Origin: a candidate division WOR-3 bacterium
GTDB lineage: Bacteria > Hydrothermota > Tepidihabitantia > Tepidihabitantales > JAOUPE01
Assembly (NCBI GenBank): GCA_039801565.1
Contig: JBDRUX010000011.1
Span: forward strand, 1-35,382
Length of the DNA stretch: 35,382 nt
Reading direction: 5' to 3'
Shown in pieces: positions 9,553 to 18,837 of this stretch (positions are counted from its first letter, which is position 1; each line of letters opens with the position of its first letter). The notes under the pieces are model-generated. The model worked only from the letters and a program-made list of their open reading frames with translations, ran no database searches and was not told the DNA's origin. The translations under genes were made by a program, and so were the position numbers.

Positions 9553-10278
9553 CTAAGATATCCAGATGAAAGCGAAATTACGATTCGTCGTCTCTCCTCG
9601 GCGAACCGAATAGAATAAATCCGGATGGCACTTGGTGCAATAATTCAAATCAGCGAATTCATTCAGTCCAAGCTCGGTTAATTGAAAACGGTTCAGTCCT
9701 TTTAAATCAAAATAGATTTTTCGCTGCCGAGTCACGAAAAATCGTTCCGAACCCGGGAGTTGGTTAAAAAATTGCGACAGAACTTCTAAACCAACTTCAT
9801 AACAAGCTTGCTCAATACAAGGTCCGAACACAAAACTTAACTCGGCTGGTTTAATGTTAAATCGGCTTATCATCCCGGCTACCAAATTTTTGCTGATTTG
9901 AGCTAATGTGCTGCGCCAGCCCGCGTGGGCAATTCCTATTATTTTATATTTTAAAGAAAAGATATAAATTGGTAGGCAATCGGCCACCTTTACGCCAATT
10001 GCTAAATTTTTCTCATCAGTAAAGATTCCATCCCCGGCTAAATTATCCTGCCAATTCTTTCGATTGATATAAAAGACCCGATTGGAATGAATCTGCTTTA
10101 AAGTGAAAATCTTATCAATTCCAAAAATTCTCAGTGCTTGTTGATAATTCAATTCGGAGTCGAATTCACTACGAGCAAAGAAGATTAAGTTCAAATCAGC
10201 TGATGGCCTAAACCGGAAAAATTTAACGCCCTTTTCTTCTTCTAATGCCCAAACTCGCATTGTTGCCATATTTTGCAA
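9553..10278 (-). CDS. pgeF: Peptidoglycan editing factor PgeF / YfiH-family (LACC1) multicopper polyphenol oxidoreductase / purine nucleoside phosphorylase.
   Basis: Conserved YfiH motifs: LKQIHSNRV, GIAHAGWRS, CTKCHPDLFYSVRR (Cys/His metal ligands). 241 aa. Confidence 0.85.
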   Translation of the reverse strand: MQNMATMRVWALEEEKGVKFFRFRPSADLNLIFFARSEFDSELNYQQALRIFGIDKIFTLKQIHSNRVFYINRKNWQDNLAGDGIFTDEKNLAIGVKVADCLPIYIFSLKYKIIGIAHAGWRSTLAQISKNLVAGMISRFNIKPAELSFVFGPCIEQACYEVGLEVLSQFFNQLPGSERFFVTRQRKIYFDLKGLNRFQLTELGLNEFADLNYCTKCHPDLFYSVRRGETTNRNFAFIWIS

Positions 10279-10294
10279 CGAAAATGTAATTTCT

Positions 10295-11953
10295 TTATTG
10301 CCGAACCACCGGTGTGACTAATAAATTGTTTAGGGTCAGTATCTGGATATAGTAAACTCCTGGTGGCAATTTTTTGCCTAAATCATCTCGTCCATCCCAA
10401 ATCAGTTGCTGGTTAGTATCTTGGGTCCTTGTCCAGGCGAAACTCTTGACAATTTTACCCGCGATATCATAAATTTTCACTACTGGTGAATAGCCCGAAG
10501 CGGCAAATTTTATTACCACCTGAGTCTTAAATGGATTGGGGTAAGTAAAGAGTTTGTGGTATGGTTCAAACTGGTCAAATGGCTTAAATTGTTCAAAAAT
10601 TCCCGGCCCGGTCGGCGGATATTTTATAGTAAGATAGTCAGAGTTACCAATCGAACCTTCACTACAACCGGTTACATAAACATAATTAGCTTCATCCACA
10701 CCGATAGCCGTTGCCCAATCATTTCCGTGTTCAATACCGGCTGAATACCGCGCAATCCATTGTTCGGTGCCGTTTGCGGAATATTTAATTGTAACATAAT
10801 CAGCAGTAGTGTCCATACCGTAATCCTGACCAGTGACATAAATATTATTTTCATTATCAACCACAATCGCATTTGCCCAAGCCGAGAGACCGGCGGGTCC
10901 GATATAAGTCTGCACCCAATCCTGAGTTCCATTAGGCGAATATTTCACCGTCGCAAACTGATACCGGAATGAACCAATCCCAGATTTGCCAGTAACATAA
11001 ATATTCCTAAGACTATCCATCGCAATACCGGTTGGTTCGTCGTCATAATTGCCACTGCTATTATATCTTGCTACCCACTCTTGAACCCCATAAGTGTTAT
11101 ATTTTATTGTGACATAATCCCAGCCGGTCGCAGGACCGACACTTCGACCAGTGACAAAGACATTACCCGAATCGTCCACTAAAATCGCATTACCTTCATC
11201 CGACCAATTATCTTGATAGGAGTAACGTCGTACCCATTGCAATACCCCGGTTGTGCTATACTTTATAGTTACACAATCATAATAAGTAGTTAAATCGTAA
11301 CTTGTCCCAGTAACATAGACATTGCCGTTATTATCAACAGCAAGAGAATAAGCGATATCCCAGCCATTGCCATTGGGATTATCATAGCGAGCGGTCCACA
11401 ATTCCTCACCTTCTGGGCTATATTTGATGGTAAGATAATCAAAATCACCATTAGCATTCTTACTTTTACCAGTGACATAAATATTGCCCACGTTATCCAA
11501 GGCGAGGTCATAGGCTTGGTCACATTTATTCTCGAGTCCATTATATCTTCGTACCCAGATAGTATCACCGGTCGCTTTGTTATACTTTATCGTGCAATAG
11601 TCAGAAGAATCTTCCAGTTGGTGACGGCTGATATAGCCAGTGACATAAACGCCATTAGCATCAACTGCAATTGCTCTCGCCTCGTCCTGCCAATTGCGGA
11701 TTGGCGAGCCATTGTACTGAGCAACCCATTGCTCATTGCCCAAAGAGTCATATTTAATCGTGGCAAAATCGTTGATGTAGCCAGTGCCGGGTCCTTGACT
11801 TGCCCCAGTAACATAGACATTTTTTAAGTTATCAATCGCCAGCGCTTTTGCATAATCTTGACCATAGGGACCTTGATAACGGGCAGTCCATAACTGTGCA
11901 TAAATAATAACTGGAAGAATTAAAATTGTCTGAATTAATAATATTTTTAGCAT
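10295..11953 (-). CDS. Secreted SBBP (beta-propeller) repeat protein with a T9SS C-terminal sorting domain.
   Basis: Signal peptide. At least 8 repeats of the form N.YVTG (NVYVTGAS, GVYVTGYIS, NIYVTGKSK, NVYVTGTSY, NVFVTGRS, NIYVTGKSG, NIYVTGQDY, YVYVTGCSEG) spaced ~45-50 aa apart. C-terminus FTYPNPFKTQVVIKF..KIYDIAGKIVKSF...GVYYIQI is a T9SS CTD. Confidence 0.8.
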   Translation of the reverse strand: MLKILLIQTILILPVIIYAQLWTARYQGPYGQDYAKALAIDNLKNVYVTGASQGPGTGYINDFATIKYDSLGNEQWVAQYNGSPIRNWQDEARAIAVDANGVYVTGYISRHQLEDSSDYCTIKYNKATGDTIWVRRYNGLENKCDQAYDLALDNVGNIYVTGKSKNANGDFDYLTIKYSPEGEELWTARYDNPNGNGWDIAYSLAVDNNGNVYVTGTSYDLTTYYDCVTIKYSTTGVLQWVRRYSYQDNWSDEGNAILVDDSGNVFVTGRSVGPATGWDYVTIKYNTYGVQEWVARYNSSGNYDDEPTGIAMDSLRNIYVTGKSGIGSFRYQFATVKYSPNGTQDWVQTYIGPAGLSAWANAIVVDNENNIYVTGQDYGMDTTADYVTIKYSANGTEQWIARYSAGIEHGNDWATAIGVDEANYVYVTGCSEGSIGNSDYLTIKYPPTGPGIFEQFKPFDQFEPYHKLFTYPNPFKTQVVIKFAASGYSPVVKIYDIAGKIVKSFAWTRTQDTNQQLIWDGRDDLGKKLPPGVYYIQILTLNNLLVTPVVRQ

Positions 11954-12041
11954 CTTGCTTCCCTATTTTTTAAAGCTACCAAGATTTTTTATTAAGTCAA
12001 GCAATGATGTAAAATTATCGAAAAAGATTTTCATTACCGAT

Positions 12042-13247
12042 TTACCTTTGACACACCACTTGATTAAATAAATGCGCTAAACGTTGGGCTTGATTCCTTC
12101 GGCTATACCATCCAATTGGTTGATTGGCAAAAGATTCTTTTTGTTTTAGAATTGTTAGCAAAGTGGATTTAATCGCTTCAGGATTTAAATTTGTCGCAAG
12201 ACCGGCATTGTGGTATTCAATCAGCCGGGTTGCCTCATTACAACTTTCACAAACCGCCAGGATTGGCTTGCCCGCGCCGAAATATTCATATAACTTTATA
12301 CCGGCGGATTGGTTTGGTTTCGTCAAATATAGTAAAATATCCACACTTTTCATCAAGTTAATTACAGTTTGATGTGATAATATCCCCAAATAACGGACCG
12401 TTGGACTTAAAGTCTTCAAACGGTTTTGGCAATCAATTGAGGCTCGGCCGGCAATGAGAACTTGTAAATCTTTAATATCACCCACTGCTTGTAAAAAGGC
12501 AAAGAGTGCGCCTTCATTCTCCCATAAAGTTCCGGCATAAAGTATCTGCAATTTCTTATCCGGCGGTTTTGATTCCCTTAAGCCTGATTCAGTATCTTCT
12601 TTTACCTCGAATTCTTCTGGGTCATAGCCATTTTCAATTATTGTTGCTTGTTTCTCAAGTTGACGAGCAGTCCCTTGATTAACTGCCACTACGGTATCTG
12701 AATTCTTAAGGATATAGCGGCGCAAGATTTGTACTAAAGAACGAAAATGAAGCGGTGGCGGTGTAAAACCGGCCGGATAAGGGTCACGAAAATCACTGAC
12801 CAAAGGTATCCCACTCTCTCGTTTTAAAAAGACCCCGAGCAGTAAAGCACTGTAAGGTGGCCCAGTGGCAAAGATTAGCCGTGGCTTTTCTTGGCTGATT
12901 ACCTTTCTTCCTAATGACAAGGCAAATGGCACCCAAAGAACCTTGGCGTCAGGGAAAAGCAAATAATTTACGAATAAAGGCCCGGTGCCACGAACCTTAA
13001 CTGGTTTATCCTTGCGCCAGAGGTAAAGAATCCGCGCTGGGTCAAGACTTTCACTACGATAGATTTTTATTCCCTCTAAATCTTTAAGTAGACTTTGGTC
13101 GTAAAGAAAATAACTGATTGGCTTTACGGTTAAGAAAACCGGTTGCCAGCCAAATTCCGGAAGGTATTTAGCTAATTTTGTTACTCGCATTACCCCACTC
13201 ATTCCAACCGGTGGTGAATAATAAGTGACAAATAAGACCTTATTCAC
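12042..13247 (-). CDS. GT-B fold glycosyltransferase, family 4-like. Its GTG start lies 1 nt after the helicase stop.
   Basis: N-terminus VLFVTYYSPPVGMSGVMRVTKLAKYLPEFGWQPVFLT (Glyco_trans_4-like). C-terminal EX7E-type motif KLYEYFGAGKPILAV. 401 aa. Confidence 0.75.
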   Translation of the reverse strand: MNKVLFVTYYSPPVGMSGVMRVTKLAKYLPEFGWQPVFLTVKPISYFLYDQSLLKDLEGIKIYRSESLDPARILYLWRKDKPVKVRGTGPLFVNYLLFPDAKVLWVPFALSLGRKVISQEKPRLIFATGPPYSALLLGVFLKRESGIPLVSDFRDPYPAGFTPPPLHFRSLVQILRRYILKNSDTVVAVNQGTARQLEKQATIIENGYDPEEFEVKEDTESGLRESKPPDKKLQILYAGTLWENEGALFAFLQAVGDIKDLQVLIAGRASIDCQNRLKTLSPTVRYLGILSHQTVINLMKSVDILLYLTKPNQSAGIKLYEYFGAGKPILAVCESCNEATRLIEYHNAGLATNLNPEAIKSTLLTILKQKESFANQPIGWYSRRNQAQRLAHLFNQVVCQR

Positions 13248-13248
13248 T

Positions 13249-15300
13249 TTAGAGCTTTCGAATATAGTCGGCCATTGCTTTTAGACATTCTTCGGCGGGG
13301 AGAAAGACCAATTTGAGTTGCTTTAAATAACTCAACAAACCATGAATATCTAATGTCAAATAATGGTCTTCAACTTGTAGGTCTTCGGGTAAGGTTCGAA
13401 AGAAAGCCCCGGAACCTAAGTTGTCTTCCAATTGGAAAATATTTTCTCGAATTACTGCTCGAATCGCTTCTTCATCCGGCAGTGGCAAGGGCAAGGACTC
13501 ATTTTTAGGGAATTGCCATATTTTCGCCGGTAGGGAAAAAATTTTCCCCTCAATGTCTAATACCGGGATTCCGGTTCTATTATAGGCTTGACTAAGGATA
13601 AAGCCATAAAGGCTACCAAGAAAATGGACTATATAAATATTAGGCGTGACCTGGAAATAAGGAAATTCTTCAGCCGGCAATTCTGGAAAAAATTTTTGCT
13701 TGATAACCGAAGCCAATTGGTAATAGTAACCGCCCGTGCCAGTTCCTTCAAATAATTTAGTCGTTCCATCTACTTCACCAATCCTTTGTGCTAAGACTTT
13801 TCGCTCTTTTTCTTTCTTTTCGACCAACTCCCAAGTTCGACCACCCAGAATGAATCTTTTGGCTAAATAGTAGATTTTACCAATATGAGTATTACTACTA
13901 ATGTCGTAAACATCATAGCTACCAAAACTCTTTTCTTGGATATTAGAATGAATTTTGCCGTAAGTGATTTTATTCTCTAATTTCGGAGCGAGAAAGTAAA
14001 TACTACTCCTGGGGGCAGTGATGAAACTTTCCTTTAATAAATTCTCAAATATCTGGCGAATATTTTCTTCTTGGTCATAGATTGGTTTGATTATTCTTAC
14101 TATCGAATCATAAGTTGTGCCGATGCGCCGGCGTTGGAAAAGATAAGAAAAGATTTGCTGGGGAATAACCGAAAGGCAGGGATTGTAGCGTTTTTCGTAA
14201 AGAAAACCTTTTTTTGCACAGTCGAAATAGAGTTCAAAAAGAAATTTTTCCCAGGGGTTTTCATAAACACCGATGGCAAAAAGGTAATTCTTGCGGCGCC
14301 GATTGCCTCGACCAATCCGTTGTAAGAGCGAACTGACATTAAAAGGTGGCCGAAAGAGTACCACGCCGTCAATATCACCAATATCAATTCCCAATTCCAA
14401 AGTGGAAGTAGCACAAAGAATGCCGAATTTCTCTTGATTCATTAGGACTTCAATTCGTTCCCGCTCTTTTTTGACTAAGCTGGCATGATGAACCCAGACC
14501 CGATTTTTAAATGGTGCGCGGTCAAAAACTTTACCATAAGATTCGGCATAACTGCGGGCATTGAAGAAACAAAGAATCTTATGCAACTGGTGCTCTTGAA
14601 ATAGTTGAAAAAGGATAGAAACCAAATCTTTGGAGTTCGGAATTAAAACCGTTTCAATATCCCGTTCGATTTGGACTAACACCACCTTAGGATTGGGAAA
14701 ATAGCGTTCGCCAATTGTTAAATCGTCAATTGTTGCTGACAACGCGCAGTATTGAAGATTGGATTTAATTCGCCTTAGCCGATTCAAGAGAATTCGCAAT
14801 TGGTCACCCCGGGGTGTGTTATCTAAAAGATGTAACTCATCCAAAATTACCGCGGAAAGTTGGGCAAATATCTTAGGAAACCGACAAAGCATCGAGTCGA
14901 ATGATTCCGGAGTTGTTAAAAGTAAGAACGGTGGCCGTTTCTCATCCAATTTTGGTCGGTCGCCGGTTTTCCGGGCCAAATCGAGTTCCAAATTGAGTTT
15001 GAGATAACCGATTGGCGAAGCCAACCGACGATAGAGGTCATTAACCAAGGCCCGGGTTGGTGAAACATAAAGGATTGAGAATCGGTTCGCCTTAAAATCG
15101 GGTTTACCGAGGATTCTTTCTACAACCGGTGCAACAACCGCTTCAGTTTTACCAGTGGCCGCCGGTGCAATGACAACAATATTCTCACCGGATAGAATCT
15201 TCGGGATAGTGGCGACTTGCACTGGCGTCAACCGGCCGAAATGGCTAAAAAATGGAATCCAAGTTCGCTTTAATGACTGTTTAATCTCAGCTTCGGTCAT
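13249..15300 (-). CDS. SF2 DExH-box helicase, Lhr/BrxHI-like, with a ~300-aa uncharacterised C-terminal region.
   Basis: Motif I APAATGKTEAV; Ia YVSPTRAL; Ib LLTTPESF (TPES is typical of Lhr-like helicases); II VILDELHLL (DExH); III ALSATI; VI LLQRIGRGNRR. Last gene of the ATPase-ATPase-helicase operon. Confidence 0.85.
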   Translation of the reverse strand: MTEAEIKQSLKRTWIPFFSHFGRLTPVQVATIPKILSGENIVVIAPAATGKTEAVVAPVVERILGKPDFKANRFSILYVSPTRALVNDLYRRLASPIGYLKLNLELDLARKTGDRPKLDEKRPPFLLLTTPESFDSMLCRFPKIFAQLSAVILDELHLLDNTPRGDQLRILLNRLRRIKSNLQYCALSATIDDLTIGERYFPNPKVVLVQIERDIETVLIPNSKDLVSILFQLFQEHQLHKILCFFNARSYAESYGKVFDRAPFKNRVWVHHASLVKKERERIEVLMNQEKFGILCATSTLELGIDIGDIDGVVLFRPPFNVSSLLQRIGRGNRRRKNYLFAIGVYENPWEKFLFELYFDCAKKGFLYEKRYNPCLSVIPQQIFSYLFQRRRIGTTYDSIVRIIKPIYDQEENIRQIFENLLKESFITAPRSSIYFLAPKLENKITYGKIHSNIQEKSFGSYDVYDISSNTHIGKIYYLAKRFILGGRTWELVEKKEKERKVLAQRIGEVDGTTKLFEGTGTGGYYYQLASVIKQKFFPELPAEEFPYFQVTPNIYIVHFLGSLYGFILSQAYNRTGIPVLDIEGKIFSLPAKIWQFPKNESLPLPLPDEEAIRAVIRENIFQLEDNLGSGAFFRTLPEDLQVEDHYLTLDIHGLLSYLKQLKLVFLPAEECLKAMADYIRKL

Positions 15301-15329
15301 TTTAAAAATGGTTCAAATTGTTCAAGCGT
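15301..15329 (-). promoter_or_regulatory. Intergenic junction (ATPase-2 stop to helicase start) carrying three tandem CTTGAAC/TTGAACC repeats at 8-9 nt spacing.
   Basis: Coding-strand sequence aaaaCTTGAACgCTTGAACaatTTGAACCatttttaaaATG. The same word arrangement recurs at the 16635-16684 junction. Confidence 0.35.
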
Positions 15330-16634
15330 TCAAGTTTTGATTATACCGGACTGTTTAAGACGAAGCAAATCTAATGCTTCGACACAGTACTTAATAAAAA
15401 GTCGAATTCCTTCATCTTTTCGCTTTAAAGCGTTAGCGAAAAGTTGTTTCCTATCTAAATCCGATAAGGTAAAATTCGGATAGGCTCGCGAATAGACCAT
15501 CGTCAATTTTGTGAATGCCTCAGTTAAAGCCCTCTCACTTAACGGGTTCAGCGTGATTTTATTTTTAATGAAATTGGTCAATTTAATATAAGTATAATCA
15601 TAAGGCATCGGAGTTGTGGCAATCACTAAAAGGATGTAGGAATCCTTATAAATATAAGGAGTGGGCCGAACTTGATTGTGAATCAAACGCGTATCAATTT
15701 TCTTTAAAGCCGGGTCATTGAGTGCAGTTCGGATTAAGCCTTCAAGGAAGTTCATCCCCCGGGTAAAGGCGATAATATCCCAGAGATGAGTGACGGTCTC
15801 GGCTTCATCAATTAGAATTACTAACCCATGTAATTTTAATTTCGCCGCAATGTAACTTAAACCGCTGATATTATAGCAATAGAAATCAGCCGCAGTTGAA
15901 AAGTCATAGAGGGCAGGAATTTTGTAACCACCCAATATCCGATAGGGGCTACGGTATTCAACCGCATATTCTTTGGTGCTTTCACCTTCAATCCATTGCC
16001 AGAAGACTTCGGTCACCAGACTGGATGCATCTAATCGTTTTAAGCGCGCTAAAAGTGGGGTATAAAAGCAATGGTCATTGATTGACAAGTCAAGCGCCCG
16101 ATATAATAAATCGCGAAAAGAATTTTCCTGCTCGTTGTTAATGAATCGAAGATTATGGACCAACTCGCGCCAGACCCGTTTTGGGCGATTGGGAGCAACT
16201 TCTCTGGGGTCAAACTCACAACGGCTGGTTACCATATTCATCTTTAAAGCCTGGTGGTGAATGTATTCCAATAGATGGGTCTTACCAGAACCATATTCCC
16301 CTTCAATTAAAAAGACATCTCCCTTACCCCGAGTTAAATTCTCTAAGCCGGTAAGAATCTTTTCGATTTCGCTATCCCGGCCAAAGGTAAATTCGTCAAC
16401 ATCCTGATGAGGCACAATTCCCATTCGAAAGGCTTCAATCATCCGACGGGCACTAACTTCCGAAATCGGTTGTTGCTCGCGTGCCACCGGCAGAACCCGA
16501 CTGGTTGGTATCCATAGCTTTAAACCGCTTTGAAATTTGACCAGAACTTCGGTGCCTCGCCAGCGATAATCTAATATCTCACCCTCACCAAAGACCGGAT
16601 GAGAAACATAAGAAGTATTTAACGCTTTGTCCAT
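15330..16634 (-). CDS. P-loop NTPase, BrxD/DUF2791-like (second of two paralogs).
   Basis: N-terminal RRMIEAFRMGIVP...FTFGRDSEIEKI..L....GKGDVFLIEGEYGSGKTHLL (Walker A). Walker B LVILIDEAETV. Its architecture and motif spacing parallel the upstream paralog. Confidence 0.7.
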   Translation of the reverse strand: MDKALNTSYVSHPVFGEGEILDYRWRGTEVLVKFQSGLKLWIPTSRVLPVAREQQPISEVSARRMIEAFRMGIVPHQDVDEFTFGRDSEIEKILTGLENLTRGKGDVFLIEGEYGSGKTHLLEYIHHQALKMNMVTSRCEFDPREVAPNRPKRVWRELVHNLRFINNEQENSFRDLLYRALDLSINDHCFYTPLLARLKRLDASSLVTEVFWQWIEGESTKEYAVEYRSPYRILGGYKIPALYDFSTAADFYCYNISGLSYIAAKLKLHGLVILIDEAETVTHLWDIIAFTRGMNFLEGLIRTALNDPALKKIDTRLIHNQVRPTPYIYKDSYILLVIATTPMPYDYTYIKLTNFIKNKITLNPLSERALTEAFTKLTMVYSRAYPNFTLSDLDRKQLFANALKRKDEGIRLFIKYCVEALDLLRLKQSGIIKT

Positions 16635-16684
16635 CAGTTTTTCTTAAAGGCTAACTTGGTTCAAAATATTCAAATAGTTCAAAA
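16635..16684 (-). promoter_or_regulatory. Intergenic junction (ATPase-1 stop to ATPase-2 start) carrying three tandem TTTGAAC/T repeats.
   Basis: Coding-strand sequence aatTTTGAACtatTTGAATattTTGAACCaagttagcctttaagaaaaactgATG. No canonical SD precedes the ATG. Confidence 0.35.
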
Positions 16685-17959
16685 TTAAAATTCTTCTTTT
16701 TCTACTTCGGCTTTGGCTGCTTCGGTTAATTTCTGTGTTGTCACTTTTAAAATATTTTCCGCATCTTTCTTTTCCAGTGCTTTATTGGGATTGGCGCGGA
16801 TACGATGGAAGGCTTCAATTGCACCGACAACAAATAGCCGCCGATAACTTACATCATAAGCAAAGGCTTGTAATACCAGTTCGGATAGATTCTTAATCGT
16901 CTTGTTCAAGATATTTCGGTTAAACTCAAAATTGTAAGCGGTTTCAAAAAGGCTGGCCAGTTTCAAGCCCAAGGCATGTAAAAATTGGGACGGCTCAATA
17001 CCTAATTCTTCTAAGTTAATTTTGACCCCAACCGGATTGGTTTCGGAGAATGCGCTGCGGAGTCTTTGTTTCAAAGCCTCGTAGACACCGCCACTTCCTT
17101 CTAATAATAGATTTTCATCCGGAATTGCATAAAAAAACATCACCCCGGGTAATCGGCTATTGCCACATTCATCAATAATTTGCCGCAAGTTGTCTAAGGC
17201 GCGTCTTTTATCCCGAGAAGATGAGATACTCATTCCCCTTTCCGCTTCATCAAAAAGTAAAATCAAACCCGAATAGCCAATTAAATGAATCCATTGGGCT
17301 AAGGAACGAATCATCCGAAAAGCCGTTGCTTTATCAATCCGTTCGGAGATTCGGTAGCGGGCTCGGATGTCTCGTCCAATCTCTTCACCTTTCAACCACT
17401 GGACAACTGCATCAAAGCCTTCATCGTCTTCAGCAATGATACAACTGAAGGCACCTTTAACCGCATTTAAAAAACTGGTACTCTCAGTACCTTTTATCGT
17501 CTTTAAGTATTCCTGCAGGGCATCAATCTGGTTAACCTTGGCTTTACAGTTCTCATACCAACGGTGGAGTAAACAATCAATTCCTTTTTCCCAAGATTTC
17601 ATTAATTCTTCTTCTTTAACTGGTGGAGTGAGGTTGATTGCAATCTGTTTATAGACCAATTCTAATTTATCAAATGGGCATTCGGTGGGGTTAAGACTGA
17701 CATAAGCCACAACAAAATTATGTTTGAACGCTAAATTCCGCACCGTATAAAGAAAATGGGTCTTCCCACCACCATAATTACCAGTGATGAGTTTAAAAGA
17801 AGAAAGATTGTATTTGAGAATTCCTTTTAGATATTCCTCTTCGATGACGCAAGAATAGCGTTCCAAACCGATAGTGAATGTCTCGATGCCAAATTCCGGT
17901 GGTGTGCCGGTGCCGCCCAATTTATTAATAATTGCTCGGGCGAGATTGGTGTCAATCAT
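16685..17959 (-). CDS. P-loop NTPase, BrxD/DUF2791-like (first of two paralogs).
   Basis: N-terminal ARAIINKLGGTGTPPEFGIETFTIGLERY...LSSFKLITGNYGGGKTHFL (Walker A). Walker B GLILLFDEAERG. ATGA overlap with the upstream 281-aa gene. Confidence 0.7.
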   Translation of the reverse strand: MIDTNLARAIINKLGGTGTPPEFGIETFTIGLERYSCVIEEEYLKGILKYNLSSFKLITGNYGGGKTHFLYTVRNLAFKHNFVVAYVSLNPTECPFDKLELVYKQIAINLTPPVKEEELMKSWEKGIDCLLHRWYENCKAKVNQIDALQEYLKTIKGTESTSFLNAVKGAFSCIIAEDDEGFDAVVQWLKGEEIGRDIRARYRISERIDKATAFRMIRSLAQWIHLIGYSGLILLFDEAERGMSISSSRDKRRALDNLRQIIDECGNSRLPGVMFFYAIPDENLLLEGSGGVYEALKQRLRSAFSETNPVGVKINLEELGIEPSQFLHALGLKLASLFETAYNFEFNRNILNKTIKNLSELVLQAFAYDVSYRRLFVVGAIEAFHRIRANPNKALEKKDAENILKVTTQKLTEAAKAEVEKEEF

Positions 17960-18801
17960 ATTGGTTCAAAAACAAGATAAGAATAAAAAGTACCATCGCC
18001 CTGCTCGTTATCTGGTACCCAAATTGATTTTGTCTTGTCGGTTGTAGCATCAAAAGTAGCCACGCCTAATCGAAGTCGGTGCTTACCAATGACAAAATTT
18101 TCCCTTTGCTTTAAGTTATACAAGTCGTAACTGAATTGAATCCTTGAATACTCGCGAAATTTATCTTTGGCCGGGTCGGCACGGAAAGAAGCGGGTTGGG
18201 ATAAAAGAACTAATTCCGAAAGCAAATCAATCAATAAGACCTTTTCGCCAGCAGGGATATTATTCAATTTGGTATAGCGTTCGTACGCCCGTATCAGGTT
18301 TTTGAGAAAATCCTTGGGCGGAGTTAAGTGTCTTTTGATTCGCTCGTTAAAACTATGAATGGTCTCGTAGATAGTTGGAACCGAAAGCGGAATTTTTGAT
18401 TTAATGGTTTGGATTTCCGGGCCCCAAAATAGTGTAGCAAATCCTAATTCAAAATCGAGTTTTAGAGTATAGAATCCAACGCGTAAAACCGGTAGCTGTC
18501 CTTTTAAGACAATGCCATCTTTTGCTAATAAATCTCTCAATTCACTACCAAATTTATAACGAAATTCATCCTTAATCGTTTTTAGGGCTTCGGCTTCAGC
18601 AGTAAGCCAGGTGGAAAGATTGGTCTTAATCTCGACACAAGGATAATCGGCTAATATTTTCTTTATCTCGTTAAGTCTTTTTTCTATTAAGGAAAATTCC
18701 TTACCAGCCGACTCTTTCGTTTTTAGGTAGGACTCAATTCTTTTCGCTAAAACTTGCGATTTTTTAGAGACTTCTTTCAAGCGCTGACCCCAATTTTCCA
18801 T
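17956..18801 (-). CDS. Hypothetical protein, first gene of the ATPase-ATPase-helicase operon. Likely translated from a leaderless mRNA.
   Basis: 281-aa ORF with no recognisable motif. The N-terminal ~100 aa are Lys/Glu-rich and predicted helical. The ATG lies 8 nt downstream of a consensus TATAAT. Confidence 0.6.
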   Translation of the reverse strand: MENWGQRLKEVSKKSQVLAKRIESYLKTKESAGKEFSLIEKRLNEIKKILADYPCVEIKTNLSTWLTAEAEALKTIKDEFRYKFGSELRDLLAKDGIVLKGQLPVLRVGFYTLKLDFELGFATLFWGPEIQTIKSKIPLSVPTIYETIHSFNERIKRHLTPPKDFLKNLIRAYERYTKLNNIPAGEKVLLIDLLSELVLLSQPASFRADPAKDKFREYSRIQFSYDLYNLKQRENFVIGKHRLRLGVATFDATTDKTKSIWVPDNEQGDGTFYSYLVFEPI

Positions 18802-18809
18802 AGAGAGTA

Positions 18810-18837
18810 ATTATAATTTTTTCTAATGCTTTGTCAA
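18810..18837 (-). promoter_or_regulatory. Consensus sigma70 promoter (TTGACA-N16-TATAAT) placed so that transcription starts at or within a few nt of the ATG at 18801 (leaderless).
   Basis: Minus-strand sequence ttATTGACAaagcattagaaaaaatTATAATtactctctATGG. -35 at 18832-18837, -10 at 18810-18815, and 8 nt separate the -10 from the ATG. Confidence 0.5.
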
